A stretch of DNA of 64,000 nt, taken from positions 1-64,000 of the IMG/VR virus record IMGVR_UViG_3300005518_000003; one strand, 5' to 3'. The notes under the pieces were generated by a model that ran no database searches, was not told where the DNA came from, and saw only the letters and a program-made list of their open reading frames with translations. This document shows positions 35,960 through 45,521 of the stretch, piece by piece. The DNA comes from a virus. Positions within the stretch are counted from its first letter, which is position 1, and each line of letters begins with the position of its first letter. Both the position numbers and the translations under genes were made by a program.

Positions 35960-36208
35960 CTAGTTCTCGGTAAAGGGTTGAGCAGAGCGCTTGCGTACTC
36001 GAAGAATCATTGGTCGACGAACGGCGCGCATGCGACGAACTTTTTTCTTCCACCAATAGAGTGGGTACGAGATCGCGTAGATGCAGATCGCCCAGAACAC
36101 AAACACGGGCCAGAACACCTCGGGATGTGCATGCCAGCACCAGCAGCACAAAACGACACCTGCCCATTCGTCTATGCAGATGAAGATGCGCTGCTGGAGC
36201 TTGGTCAT
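35960..36208 (-). CDS. Small membrane protein
   Basis: Two Trp-rich hydrophobic segments. Confidence 0.45.
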   Translation of the reverse strand: MTKLQQRIFICIDEWAGVVLCCWCWHAHPEVFWPVFVFWAICIYAISYPLYWWKKKVRRMRAVRRPMILRVRKRSAQPFTEN

Positions 36209-36214
36209 GGCCCG

Positions 36215-36871
36215 TCAGTATTTGGCTGCGGGGCTCGGTTGCTGCGCTTCCGGCGGAGGAGGAGCCGGCGGCGCTGCGGGAAGCGGCGCAGCTTGTTGCG
36301 GCGCGGGCTGTCCGGTCGGGGGTGCGTTCGCTCCAAAGTCGAAGCTCTCTGCCTGCGCGCGCGTCGGAGTCGGTTGATTGCGGCGCTGACGCGCTGCGAG
36401 GATTGAGCCGGCGAAGCGAGAGGCGAACTGCTTCGCTTCCTGAACCTCCATCGGCTTGTGAACGCTTGCGCTGCGCGCGGGATCATTTACCCACTGCACG
36501 CGATTCGAACGACGGGTTTCCTGGACGATGATCGTCGCACCGGTCGTCTCGTCGGTCTTCTCGACGTCTTGCTTGTATTCCTCTTCGTCGACGACGATGA
36601 GCACCTCGTTCTTGTTGATGCCGACCGGGTTCGAGAGATCGTCTCCCTCGAGACCGCAGAGGAGAAGCGCTTCGATCGTGCGCGCTTCCGTACTCTCCGT
36701 AAGCCAGCCATCCCAAGGAACACGCTTGCCTTTGGACTCACCCGCCTCGGTGATCTCGAAGAGGATGAAGAACTCCGGAGTCCCTGCTTTCTTCGATGTG
36801 CGAAGACCGCTGATCGGCTTGCCTTCGTGATCGACGCCGATGACTGCTTTTGCTCTGAATGTACCTTTCAT
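36215..36871 (-). CDS. Putative single-stranded DNA-binding protein (DUF669-like OB fold)
   Basis: SKKAGTP..F.I.E...G.RV.W pattern, flexible tail, immediately downstream of the Sak4-like gene. Confidence 0.65.
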   Translation of the reverse strand: MKGTFRAKAVIGVDHEGKPISGLRTSKKAGTPEFFILFEITEAGESKGKRVPWDGWLTESTEARTIEALLLCGLEGDDLSNPVGINKNEVLIVVDEEEYKQDVEKTDETTGATIIVQETRRSNRVQWVNDPARSASVHKPMEVQEAKQFASRFAGSILAARQRRNQPTPTRAQAESFDFGANAPPTGQPAPQQAAPLPAAPPAPPPPEAQQPSPAAKY

Positions 36872-36925
36872 GATCGTTTCTCCTTGTTCACAAACACAAA
36901 ACACAAACAAACATCCGTCGCTGCC

Positions 36926-37885
36926 TCACTTCGGCAGCTTTTCCTTCGCGTCCGTGAGCTGCGCTTCGAGCGCGCGGAGCTTGCCGATGTCATCTCCGAA
37001 CGTCGCGAGGTTCGCTGGAGTCGCCCACAAAAGGAGGTTCTTCGTAACGACGTCATCCGTTGCGGGAAAAGACTTCGCCAGCGCAATGACGCGCGTGCGC
37101 ACGTTCTCCGCGGTCTCGTTGAGCTCGCGCGTGAACGAGACGTGATCAAGCCGAACGATAGGCGGTAGGCGAAATCCGCCGCGTACGCCAGCCTCGAAAC
37201 CGCTGTTCTCGGCGGTTTGGCACGAGTAGAGCCAGCGGTTCTCCTTCACGATCGCTCGTGTGTGGATGTTCTCGCCGGGATCGTGGATGGCTCGCTCCTT
37301 CGCCGCGTAGAGGACGATGTCCGCCCAGTTGCTCGTGGCGTTCCAGAGAGCACGATGCATGTCGCCCTGCCAGATGTAGTATTTGTCGCCGAGCTGCGAA
37401 TCGTTCACGCCAGCTTGCACCGCGTGCGCGAGAAGAACGATCGTCATGCCGCGCTTGTTACGGCAGTGTTCGAGAAGCGACATCCAAACGCGCCACTCGC
37501 GAACGAGGTCTTCTTCCTTGCCCCAGCCCATTTTTTCCCACGAGCCCTTCTTTGACTCGTTGACGACGTGATCGAGACAGACCGCGGAAAGCGGCCCAAG
37601 GGTGTCTCCAACGAGCGTTTTGAAGTCGTGGTTTCCGTACGCGAGCGCGCGCGTGTAGTTGAGCAGCTCGGTCCACGTCGTAACGTGACCTTCGTTCGGG
37701 AACCGAAAGTCGGCGATCCCATGCGCTCCATCTTCACCGCAAATGAATGCGGGCTTTGGAAACGCGGCGGCGAAGGTGGTCTTGCCGATCTTCTTCTCGC
37801 CGTAGGTGAGGAGAATGGGCGGTCTCTTGGCTTTTTGTTTCGATCCTGTCGCGAGGATCGCGGTGTAGTCGACGGTTTGGGTCAT
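36926..37885 (-). CDS. Sak4-like AAA ATPase recombinase
   Basis: YGEKKIGKTTFAA, EDG, FKTLVGDTL, IVLLAH, WADIVLY. Confidence 0.85.
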   Translation of the reverse strand: MTQTVDYTAILATGSKQKAKRPPILLTYGEKKIGKTTFAAAFPKPAFICGEDGAHGIADFRFPNEGHVTTWTELLNYTRALAYGNHDFKTLVGDTLGPLSAVCLDHVVNESKKGSWEKMGWGKEEDLVREWRVWMSLLEHCRNKRGMTIVLLAHAVQAGVNDSQLGDKYYIWQGDMHRALWNATSNWADIVLYAAKERAIHDPGENIHTRAIVKENRWLYSCQTAENSGFEAGVRGGFRLPPIVRLDHVSFTRELNETAENVRTRVIALAKSFPATDDVVTKNLLLWATPANLATFGDDIGKLRALEAQLTDAKEKLPK

Positions 37886-37929
37886 TTTCTTTCTCCTGGT
37901 TCACTCACTCACAATTCAAAAAAAAATCT

Positions 37930-38259
37930 TTAGTGACGCTCGCCCTCAGGCGGCGGTGTTTCGTCGTCGTCGTCGTCGTCCGACGCATCGATCATCATGC
38001 AGAGCTCGTCGTGAGCGAACTCGATAAGCGCCGTTCGCGCTTGATCGAAAGGAATCGGAACCTTCAGCGGATCGATCATCGTCGCAAGGTTGTAATCGAC
38101 CTTTTTGCCTTCTTTTCCCGTAAAGACCACGAACGCCAACATGGCCTCTGGCTCGAAGCCCTTCTCCTGAAGCTCGGTCATCATCCGTCCCATGTGTCGG
38201 TTGACGATCTCGTTCTCTTTTTCGGCGTCGCGCGGCATCACTTTGTCTTCTTCCGTCAC
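37930..38259 (-). CDS. Acidic hypothetical protein
   Basis: GTGA overlap with the PLD stop. Confidence 0.55.
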   Translation of the reverse strand: MTEEDKVMPRDAEKENEIVNRHMGRMMTELQEKGFEPEAMLAFVVFTGKEGKKVDYNLATMIDPLKVPIPFDQARTALIEFAHDELCMMIDASDDDDDDETPPPEGERH

Positions 38260-38984
38260 GTTCCATCTCTCCATTCTGGATTTGCGTATTCGTTCTCCCA
38301 GTCGAGTGGTTCGCTCAAACACGCAACTTGCTCGAACTCCTTCAGATACGAAGCAGCGACACCTTCGTCTCGAATGAAGACAGCATTTTCGAGCGACCGC
38401 CGACCATTGTTTGTCCAGTTGAAGGACCCCGTCCATACGGCCTTTGCGACGTAACGCGGCATTTCTGCGCTAAGCGAAAAAACTGCATCGCAGAACACGA
38501 CGAACTTGTGGTGCATCCTCGGAACCGACCTTGAACCAGGATCGACCATGCCAACACATCGAACGCCGTCCATTTCTGGATCGCCGGAGGACGACATGCG
38601 CGACAGCGATGAAAAGAACATGCGATTAGAACCGCGAACTGCCTCGTACAGCGCCCTGAGCTTCGACTTGCTTGGCCCGCCCACATCGGGGCGAAGAAAA
38701 TCTTCTTTTTGAACGATGATGGTCGCTTGTTTTAGTCGACTGAGAGCGTCGAGAATCGGTTCGTGTGTGAGCCATGCAACACAACCGAAGGCAAATTCAA
38801 ATTGACAGAGATAAGAGATCAAGGCGTCAGGCAACCGCTTGAAGTGCACTGTCACTTGGCCAAAAGGTGCACTGAAATCGCGTTGAGGATCCCGGTCATT
38901 CCCATCTGTTCTGATGCGCATCTCGTTGAGGTCTTCGCGAGCTCGCTCAGCTTCGTCTCTGTCAATTTTTTCCCACCATTCCAT
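38256..38984 (-). CDS. PLD-family (HKD) nuclease-like protein
   Basis: CVAWLT, MHHKFVVFCD, WTGSFNWT...SLEN. Confidence 0.85.
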   Translation of the reverse strand: MEWWEKIDRDEAERAREDLNEMRIRTDGNDRDPQRDFSAPFGQVTVHFKRLPDALISYLCQFEFAFGCVAWLTHEPILDALSRLKQATIIVQKEDFLRPDVGGPSKSKLRALYEAVRGSNRMFFSSLSRMSSSGDPEMDGVRCVGMVDPGSRSVPRMHHKFVVFCDAVFSLSAEMPRYVAKAVWTGSFNWTNNGRRSLENAVFIRDEGVAASYLKEFEQVACLSEPLDWENEYANPEWRDGT

Positions 38985-38988
38985 CGAC

Positions 38989-40044
38989 CTAAATCTCCTT
39001 CAGCTCCTCGTGTTTGTCCTCGACGATCGGAAACTCTTCGATGCGCGCCGTTCCCGAGCACACACTGAAGTACGGGCACATCCCGCCGTAGCGTTTGCAC
39101 GAGCCGCGATGTCGCGGTGCGCGCTTGGCAAGCTCGTTGTCGCGAATGATCTGAGCGGTCTGCCAGAGATCGTCAGCGTGCTCGCGCTCGTCTTGTTCGA
39201 GACGGACAATATCACCACGTGCGAAATACTTCATCGACGCATCGCGAGCTTTTTCTTCGTCGATCACGAGCGGAACCGTCCCGAGCGGTTGGCCAAGGAT
39301 GTCTTCCGAGACCCGTTGCTCGTACTCGTCCGGCGTTTCGTCGGTCTTGCGCATGTTCGAGTAGAGCTCGCCGTCCTTCTGACGAAACTTCTGCGACTCC
39401 GGCGGCGTTGCCTTGAGCGGGAGGAGCTTTGGTTTGTGAACCACATCGTAGACACACCGGACGGCTTCTTCTTTCAAACCAACGTCAGATAGAATTTTCC
39501 GCGCACCCTTGAAGTAGGTCGAGACCTGGGGATCGAGTGCCGTGATGGTTCGCCAGTACGACGACTCGCGTTCAATCTTGTCCGACGTCGTCTTCGTCTC
39601 GACGATCAAAATCTCGCGCGTACGAACGTCGCGAACGAGTACGTCGAGCTTACCGCCAAGCTCATACACCTTCGAAGGACGACCGGTCCGCGGGTTGACG
39701 ATCGCGGTCCGAAACATCGGTTGGACGCGAATCACTTCGTACGGCTCGTTCACCCAACGTGCGTCATACCCGAGGAGGAGAGCTCGAGCTTTCGCAACGT
39801 CGAACCGATCAGTCCTCTGCTCCTTCGCGAATTCTTCGAGTCGCGCGAGCATGGAATCGCATCCGTGGAGTGGTCCTGCCGTCCACCACGCCTGGAGCGC
39901 TTCGTCGAACATCTTCCCGAAACGAAGCGCGTACGACTCCGAACGCGGACGACGGCGAAGCTTGTATCGATAAAAATGCTCTCGCGGGCACCTTTGAAAA
40001 GTCTGGACTTCGCTATGGGTAAGGAGTGGAAGCGGTTCGCTCAT
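38989..40044 (-). CDS. PD-(D/E)xK Cas4/RecB-like exonuclease
   Basis: S..TFQRCPR, GKLDVL..IVETKTT, Q...Y, C..YGGMCPY..VC. Confidence 0.85.
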   Translation of the reverse strand: MSEPLPLLTHSEVQTFQRCPREHFYRYKLRRRPRSESYALRFGKMFDEALQAWWTAGPLHGCDSMLARLEEFAKEQRTDRFDVAKARALLLGYDARWVNEPYEVIRVQPMFRTAIVNPRTGRPSKVYELGGKLDVLVRDVRTREILIVETKTTSDKIERESSYWRTITALDPQVSTYFKGARKILSDVGLKEEAVRCVYDVVHKPKLLPLKATPPESQKFRQKDGELYSNMRKTDETPDEYEQRVSEDILGQPLGTVPLVIDEEKARDASMKYFARGDIVRLEQDEREHADDLWQTAQIIRDNELAKRAPRHRGSCKRYGGMCPYFSVCSGTARIEEFPIVEDKHEELKEI

Positions 40045-40499
40045 ACGTGCCTCCAATTCTTCCCACGAACGATTCTCGACACCGTCATTCGGTGAACCAA
40101 AAATCCGCGAGCGATCTCTTTGTTCGTTCGACCTTTCTTCGATTCTCTTCGAATGGTGCGAACGTCTTCTTCCGTCAATTTATGACGCGCGTTCCTAGTT
40201 CCTACGATCGATCGTCCCTTGGCAATCATGTCGCGTGAATTCTGAGCCTTAGTTCCGACGAACAGATGCCTCGGGTTGCAACAAGCCGGGTTATCGCAAC
40301 GATGAAGTGCGCACGATTTGCCAAGATTTTTTCCAGAAAGAAGAAGCGCAACGCGAGAAGCCTTGATCGGTCTTCCCTTCACATTGATCTGTCCGTAGCC
40401 GTGTTGATCTTTTGATCCCACCCACGGCCAGCACACCTTTTTGGTGCCGACAGCGACCTTCGACCAGAAGCGTGCGATGGTTTCCCACGAAAGCCTCAC
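40041..40499 (-). CDS. HNH homing endonuclease with C-terminal HTH
   Basis: CWPW.G..GYG, ALHRCDNPACCNPRHL.GT..N. Confidence 0.9.
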   Translation of the reverse strand: MRLSWETIARFWSKVAVGTKKVCWPWVGSKDQHGYGQINVKGRPIKASRVALLLSGKNLGKSCALHRCDNPACCNPRHLFVGTKAQNSRDMIAKGRSIVGTRNARHKLTEEDVRTIRRESKKGRTNKEIARGFLVHRMTVSRIVRGKNWRHV

Positions 40500-40683
40500 T
40501 TCGTGTTCTCCAGACGTTCGAGCGCTTTCCTAATTTCATCTCGATGCGATCGCTCGACCGAGTGCGTACCTGGAACGGCAATGATGCGATCGAGCTTCTT
40601 GAGCGCACGTTTGAGCTGCGTCTCTGCGTATTCGACGTTGAGCTGCCAGTCCGTGAGGTACTCGTTACACGAGATGCGGAGCA

Positions 40684-40974
40684 TTAGTAGCCCTCCCATT
40701 CGATATCGCGAATCAGGTACGTGTCCGCGAGCTCACCTGCGCGAATTTTTTCGATCTCGTCGGCTGCAACTTCGAGAGCCTTCGCGACCGCACGAAGACC
40801 AGCCGGCGTTCCTGGCATCATCATCCGCACGTGACGCGGAGGATCGCGTGGGTCGCTGCCTTCTTGAGGAACGGGCTTATAGCCTTCTCGAATGACGTAT
40901 TCCAGTCGAACACCTTCGACACCGTACGCGTCCGGACCACGACTGATGAAGAATCTTGCGGCGTGGTCGCTCAT
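40684..40974 (-). CDS. Hypothetical protein
   Basis: Coupled ORF. Confidence 0.5.
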   Translation of the reverse strand: MSDHAARFFISRGPDAYGVEGVRLEYVIREGYKPVPQEGSDPRDPPRHVRMMMPGTPAGLRAVAKALEVAADEIEKIRAGELADTYLIRDIEWEGY

Positions 40975-41390
40975 GTGAGCACCGCTCCGATCGTCTCTTG
41001 ATTCGCGAGGTCGTACGCCTGCTGAAGAGCACACGCGATCTTCCACGCATGTGTCCCCTCACTGAGAGTCGTAAGCGTTTCTTTGAATTTCTCGTTGATG
41101 CCACGCGATTGGTACAGTTCTTTACCAAGCTCGACAGCAATATCCCCGAAGCGTTTCTCAAACGGCATCATCGCGCTTCCGTCCTTTTTCTTTGCGATCT
41201 CTGCCGCGAGCGCCGTCAGTTCGCCTTGCGTCTTGTCAATCAGCTCCGCCGCCGCGAATAGCCGCATGAAATCGGCAGCGCCCTTCAATTCAGTCTGCGC
41301 GCCTCTGATCGCCATTGCCGCAACGACGAGATCGCAGCGAGCGCGACCGATCGCGCTCTGAAGCTGTCCGATGAATTCTTCGACGTTCAC
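40971..41390 (-). CDS. Hypothetical helical protein
   Basis: Coupled ORF. Confidence 0.5.
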   Translation of the reverse strand: MNVEEFIGQLQSAIGRARCDLVVAAMAIRGAQTELKGAADFMRLFAAAELIDKTQGELTALAAEIAKKKDGSAMMPFEKRFGDIAVELGKELYQSRGINEKFKETLTTLSEGTHAWKIACALQQAYDLANQETIGAVLT

Positions 41391-41677
41391 GGCTTCCACC
41401 CCTGCTTCTTGAGCTCGCCCTCGATATGCTCGCGATTCTCGAACGCCACGTACACGTGGTAGCGACCCACCGTGCCGCTCGGCGACGGACGATGCACCCA
41501 CGCGCAAGGCCAACGAAGCTGGATTCGTTTGATCTGATTTATGAAATACGAAAAGTCTTCGGGCCGATCGATGTCAATGAAGAGCTCGTTCGGCTTCGGC
41601 TCGACGATGATGCAGCCCTTCTCCTTCGCCTGCTCTTCGGCGGCTTCGCGACGGAGCTTTCCGGTGTCGGCGCTCAC
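41387..41677 (-). CDS. Miniature AEP/primase-motif protein
   Basis: LFIDID and SPSG..GRYHVYV. Confidence 0.5.
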   Translation of the reverse strand: MSADTGKLRREAAEEQAKEKGCIIVEPKPNELFIDIDRPEDFSYFINQIKRIQLRWPCAWVHRPSPSGTVGRYHVYVAFENREHIEGELKKQGWKP

Positions 41678-41907
41678 GAATCGTCCTCCGAAAGTTTTTC
41701 GATCTCTTCACGCTCTCGCTTCTGAAGCGCTTCGAGATTTTTGACCGCGAATTGAATTGCGCAGCGGGTCGAGCACACGTGATACCCCCTGGCCTCGCCG
41801 AACAAACAAATGAGGTCCCACGGTTTCGGAGGAGCTACGTCAAACGACTCTTTCGTTTGCTCTTCTTTGCCGCAGTTGTCGCAGGTACAGATCTTTCGAG
41901 CGCTCAT
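41674..41907 (-). CDS. Small Zn-finger protein
   Basis: CDNCG...CSTRC. Confidence 0.55.
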   Translation of the reverse strand: MSARKICTCDNCGKEEQTKESFDVAPPKPWDLICLFGEARGYHVCSTRCAIQFAVKNLEALQKREREEIEKLSEDDS

Positions 41908-42554
41908 GGCTTCATCTCTGCGAGCATTTTCCGTGCAACGCCCTGATCGATTTCACCAAGCCCCGGAATCATTCGCTCGATGAAGACTTCGAGCTTCTTG
42001 ATGTAGAGCGACGCCTCCGAAGGCGTCCCGTCCGGCTTCACGCCGAACAAATTCTCGCGCGAGGCAAACGCGAGGTGGACGCGATGCTCCTTCAAATCCT
42101 TATCGAGCTTGGCGTTGCGAACGAGAAGCCAGTTGATGAGCGCGACGATCGCGCCCTTACTGTAGCGGTTGGTCACCATCTTCATCGCGGTCGCGTACTG
42201 CTCGTGTGACTCCGAACGCGTTGGATGCGCTTCGTGAATCGCTTCGCTCCATTCGTCCTTCGCATCGATCCACGCGTCGCTATCGGTGGTCGCAGTCGAA
42301 GCCAAAAGCGATTCTTCTAGCGCCTTCAAACGCTTTACCGCTTCGGGACCATAGAGAACCTGAAGTGCCTCGTCGTAGGTTCCCAATGCTCTGCGACCGC
42401 AGTTTTCGATGCAATGTTCGAGCTTGTAGATGAACGCTTTGTTGTCGAGCGCGGGGACCAGCAATCGCCATTCCTCGGAGTTGCAGCGAAGCTCTTGAAG
42501 CTCGGCGAGCGTCACGTTCCCACGCGCGATGAGCGCTTCGACTTCGGGTTTCAT
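41904..42554 (-). CDS. Hypothetical protein
   Basis: 216-aa coupled ORF. Confidence 0.55.
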   Translation of the reverse strand: MKPEVEALIARGNVTLAELQELRCNSEEWRLLVPALDNKAFIYKLEHCIENCGRRALGTYDEALQVLYGPEAVKRLKALEESLLASTATTDSDAWIDAKDEWSEAIHEAHPTRSESHEQYATAMKMVTNRYSKGAIVALINWLLVRNAKLDKDLKEHRVHLAFASRENLFGVKPDGTPSEASLYIKKLEVFIERMIPGLGEIDQGVARKMLAEMKP

Positions 42555-43006
42555 ATCGTCCCCGCTTCAATACGATCGGCGAATCCGAGAAGCGTTCCTT
42601 TCGCGACCGCCATAACACCTTCGACAATCGCGCCGGCAAACCCCGGAGTTTTTTTCGCCGTGACATCTTTCGCGACTTCGTCTCGCAGCATCTTTACGAT
42701 GCGAGCGCGTTCATTTTCCGCACCCTGCGCGTACGCTTGCGTGATTTCCGATCGAAGTGCCGGGATCGTGTGCTGATCCATCTCGTAGACCTGGTCGTAG
42801 AGCTTCGGACATGTGAGGCAGTCCGTGTGCCATGTGATGCTCGCCTCGTATGCATCGATCCGATCGAGCAAGAGAGCGACATCCGATATTCGGATCCCTT
42901 CAGCGCCAGCGGTGGGGCTTCGCTGCGCTCCCACGAAATCGCGAACGCGCTGCTCAGCCGCTTTCATCTTTGCGATGCGCGCCTTGTGCTCTTCGAGGGT
43001 AGTCAT
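42551..43006 (-). CDS. Hypothetical protein
   Basis: GAGGAG RBS. Confidence 0.55.
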   Translation of the reverse strand: MTTLEEHKARIAKMKAAEQRVRDFVGAQRSPTAGAEGIRISDVALLLDRIDAYEASITWHTDCLTCPKLYDQVYEMDQHTIPALRSEITQAYAQGAENERARIVKMLRDEVAKDVTAKKTPGFAGAIVEGVMAVAKGTLLGFADRIEAGTI

Positions 43007-43416
43007 GTCTCCTCTCCCAAGTACCGAAAGAACTTTCGAATGCACTCCGGACACACCTCGACGTGTTTCGTTCCGTTTCCAGAAGCATGCTGGATTTGAA
43101 AGTGTTCCCAGCCCTTCGGTGGCACCGCGCTTCGGATAACGAACACGTTGGAGTCCACTTTCCCCGTCTCGTACTCCATGCTGTCGTAGCCGACCGGAAT
43201 GCTCTTCGCTTCGGCGCCACACTTCGCGCAAATGTGATCGAGTGTGATCCCCTTCGTGCGATCGACGCGAATGGTCACTTCAACGATGTTCGTGTTTTCG
43301 TTTTCTTCGTGCATGAGACGCGTTGCCTCTTCGATCATGTCCTGGCGTACGAAAGGATCGACGTCGGGCCGCTTGATCTTTTCTTCAAGCTTTGAGATCC
43401 GCTGTTTGCGGTTCAC
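43003..43416 (-). CDS. Zn-finger hypothetical protein
   Basis: CAKCG...PKGW...CPEC. Confidence 0.55.
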   Translation of the reverse strand: MNRKQRISKLEEKIKRPDVDPFVRQDMIEEATRLMHEENENTNIVEVTIRVDRTKGITLDHICAKCGAEAKSIPVGYDSMEYETGKVDSNVFVIRSAVPPKGWEHFQIQHASGNGTKHVEVCPECIRKFFRYLGEET

Positions 43417-43964
43417 TTCTTTTCCACGCGCGGAATTGCTTTCTTGAAGAGCGAGTACGCGTACATGGCGACGCCACCGATGAGGAGATAGCCAAGCCAC
43501 GGCGATCCCCAGAGCGAAGACGAGCTGCGATCGTGTTTGACCTGGGCGTAAAGCGCTTCGAATTCGTGCATGCGAGCCGCGCCGACCATGCGAATGTGAT
43601 GAAGCTGTTGCGCCAGATTGAGCGCTCGTTCCCGTTCGTTGCCCGTCGAACCCACGGGAGGAGCGGTGAGATCAATCTGCGCAAGCTCGAAGAGATGAAC
43701 TGTTTCGAGGTACGTCTTCTCCAGCGAGACGAGCTCGACCTGAAGTTGCGCGAGCTTTTCGTCCTGCGCTTTTTCTTTCGCTAGACGCTCTTCGCGTTCT
43801 TTCCGAACCAGCTCGTCGGTCTCGCGGCGTTCGCGCTCGGCTCGTTCCGCCGCTTCGCGATCGGCTATATGTCTCGCCTCGAATTCGTCGCGCTCCTGCT
43901 GCTCTGCTGCTTCACGAGCTTCGCGTCGAATGCGCTGCGCCTTCGTCTCTCGCTTCTTCTTCAC
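43413..43964 (-). CDS. Coiled-coil protein with C-terminal TM
   Basis: E/R-rich helix; WLGYLLIGGVAMYAYSLF. Confidence 0.6.
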   Translation of the reverse strand: MKKKRETKAQRIRREAREAAEQQERDEFEARHIADREAAERAERERRETDELVRKEREERLAKEKAQDEKLAQLQVELVSLEKTYLETVHLFELAQIDLTAPPVGSTGNERERALNLAQQLHHIRMVGAARMHEFEALYAQVKHDRSSSSLWGSPWLGYLLIGGVAMYAYSLFKKAIPRVEKK

Positions 43965-44512
43965 GCCGCACCCCAATCCTTGGTCCAATGTTGACCATGT
44001 ACGATTCGAAAAATCTGCGTGATACCGACTCCGAAACGGTGGGCTAACTCTCGGTAGACCGCTCCCGACTTTCGGAGCTGACGAATTTGCTCAACCTGGG
44101 TTGATGAAAGTTTCGCTGCGCCATTTCTCTCCCCACGCGGTTCCACTTTCAGCGGCGGAGCAGCAATTTTCTTCGATGCCAATTTTTCTCTCCATTTCGC
44201 GACGTAAGCGAAGACTGGAACAGAATTTGGATGAGTGATCAGTCCTTCAATCGTGTTGCATCGCACACAAAGCAAGCCGCGAGGTTCACCAGTCAAGTGA
44301 CAATGATCGATGACGGGTTCTTTCTTCTTTTCGAGAAACTTCGAACCGCAACATTCGCATCGACCATCGGCTCGTTTTTCAGCGGCCACAAACCACTCGT
44401 AGAATTCGTTGGCCGACATGTTGATGCCGGCGTGACCAGCGATTCGAGCTTCCATGTTCGCTCTTACGCGTCGATACCCAATGTTCTTTCGCTTCGAGTC
44501 AGCCCAGCCCAC
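43961..44512 (-). CDS. Endonuclease VII-like protein with C-terminal HTH
   Basis: CECCG..VIDHCH.TG..RGLLC.RCN. Confidence 0.9.
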   Translation of the reverse strand: MGWADSKRKNIGYRRVRANMEARIAGHAGINMSANEFYEWFVAAEKRADGRCECCGSKFLEKKKEPVIDHCHLTGEPRGLLCVRCNTIEGLITHPNSVPVFAYVAKWREKLASKKIAAPPLKVEPRGERNGAAKLSSTQVEQIRQLRKSGAVYRELAHRFGVGITQIFRIVHGQHWTKDWGAA

Positions 44513-44741
44513 GTCGAACCTTCGCTTTCACTGTTGCGACGCACTTTTTGTGAAGCCCAGTCTGAGACTCCAAGCTGCCCCCGCCCACGACGATCGCCAA
44601 ATCGCAGTTGAATCGCCCGCACGCGATGCAAACGAGATGGCTCTCGTCGGTGGGCGAGAGCTCCACCCGGAGGAAAGTGTTCCGCACGTTGTTTGGATCC
44701 CTTTCACGACCTGGTCTACAGGTCGCGTCTGACAAAGTCAA
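44499..44741 (-). CDS. Small Cys-containing protein
   Basis: CIACG...HKKC. Confidence 0.4.
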   Translation of the reverse strand: MTLSDATCRPGRERDPNNVRNTFLRVELSPTDESHLVCIACGRFNCDLAIVVGGGSLESQTGLHKKCVATVKAKVRRGLG

Positions 44742-44743
44742 CT

Positions 44744-44944
44744 CTAAGCAGCCTGCGCTTTTACTTTCGAACGTTCGAGCGCTTCATCAACAACTCGTCG
44801 AAGCCAGGCGGAAGGATTCTCGAACCCGTTCTGACGTGCAGCATCTTCGATGCGCTTCTTGTTACGCCGTGTCGTGCGAAAGAAGATCTGCACGTCCTTC
44901 GTCTGTTTCGTGGCCATGATTTTGTCTAGCATTGTCTTGACCAC
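44744..44944 (-). CDS. Ribbon-helix-helix DNA-binding regulator
   Basis: VQIFFR strand, KRIEDAA helix, SAWLRRVVDEAL helix; first gene of the leftward unit at the divergence point. Confidence 0.7.
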   Translation of the reverse strand: MVKTMLDKIMATKQTKDVQIFFRTTRRNKKRIEDAARQNGFENPSAWLRRVVDEALERSKVKAQAA

Positions 44945-44996
44945 TTTCGCAAGCGCGAGTTAGGTTGGATCCTCCTGGCTCGTTCAGCGGGAATCA

Positions 44997-45069
44997 AATT
45001 CCAATCCCCGGCTCCGGTGCCCGATCGCCTTCGGGCGCTCTCGACAAGGCACCGACCGGGCACGGAATT
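44997..45069 (+). other. Long imperfect hairpin with cUUCGg tetraloop at the divergence point
   Basis: AATTCC/GGAATT, CCCGG/CCGGG, CGGTGCC/GGCACCG, CGCC-TTCG-GGCG. Confidence 0.55.
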
Positions 45070-45083
45070 GAAAAGGGATAAAA

Positions 45084-45521
45084 GTGGACGCTTCGGTGTT
45101 GGGCGCAGAGACGCAGCTCATGTACGTGAAGTTTGCCGCCAAGGAGGGCAACTGGCGTTCGCTAAATCGTCGTGGCTTCGAGCCGACCGAAACAATGCGA
45201 CGTCTCTTCATCTCGATGCGTGCAAAGTACCTCGAATGGAAGAAACGTCGTGACCTCGAAGATGCGATCGAAGAAGCACAACCAAAGTTCTGGTTCGAGC
45301 TTGAGCCCGGTCATTGGGTTCGCGCGTCGAGTGAAGAAAAAGCTCGCGCGTTCGCCGAGTCCGTGAAGCCGATCGAAGTCATCGAAGCCGAGGAACGCGA
45401 ACGAAAATATCCAGAAATCGATACGAGTCACACCTGCGATCACTGCGGGTGTAGGACGCTTGGGCCAGGAATTGAAAAGTGTTCGGCGTGCTGGGCGATC
45501 AACAGAAAGTGGACGCAGTAA
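45084..45521 (+). CDS. Hypothetical protein with C-terminal Zn ribbon
   Basis: CDHCG..CSAC. Confidence 0.5.
   Translation: MDASVLGAETQLMYVKFAAKEGNWRSLNRRGFEPTETMRRLFISMRAKYLEWKKRRDLEDAIEEAQPKFWFELEPGHWVRASSEEKARAFAESVKPIEVIEAEERERKYPEIDTSHTCDHCGCRTLGPGIEKCSACWAINRKWTQ

Noticed and set aside
38989-40044. Cas4-like nuclease as part of a CRISPR system
   Set aside because: No cas1/cas2 or array; it sits with Sak4 and SSB as a standard phage recombination exonuclease
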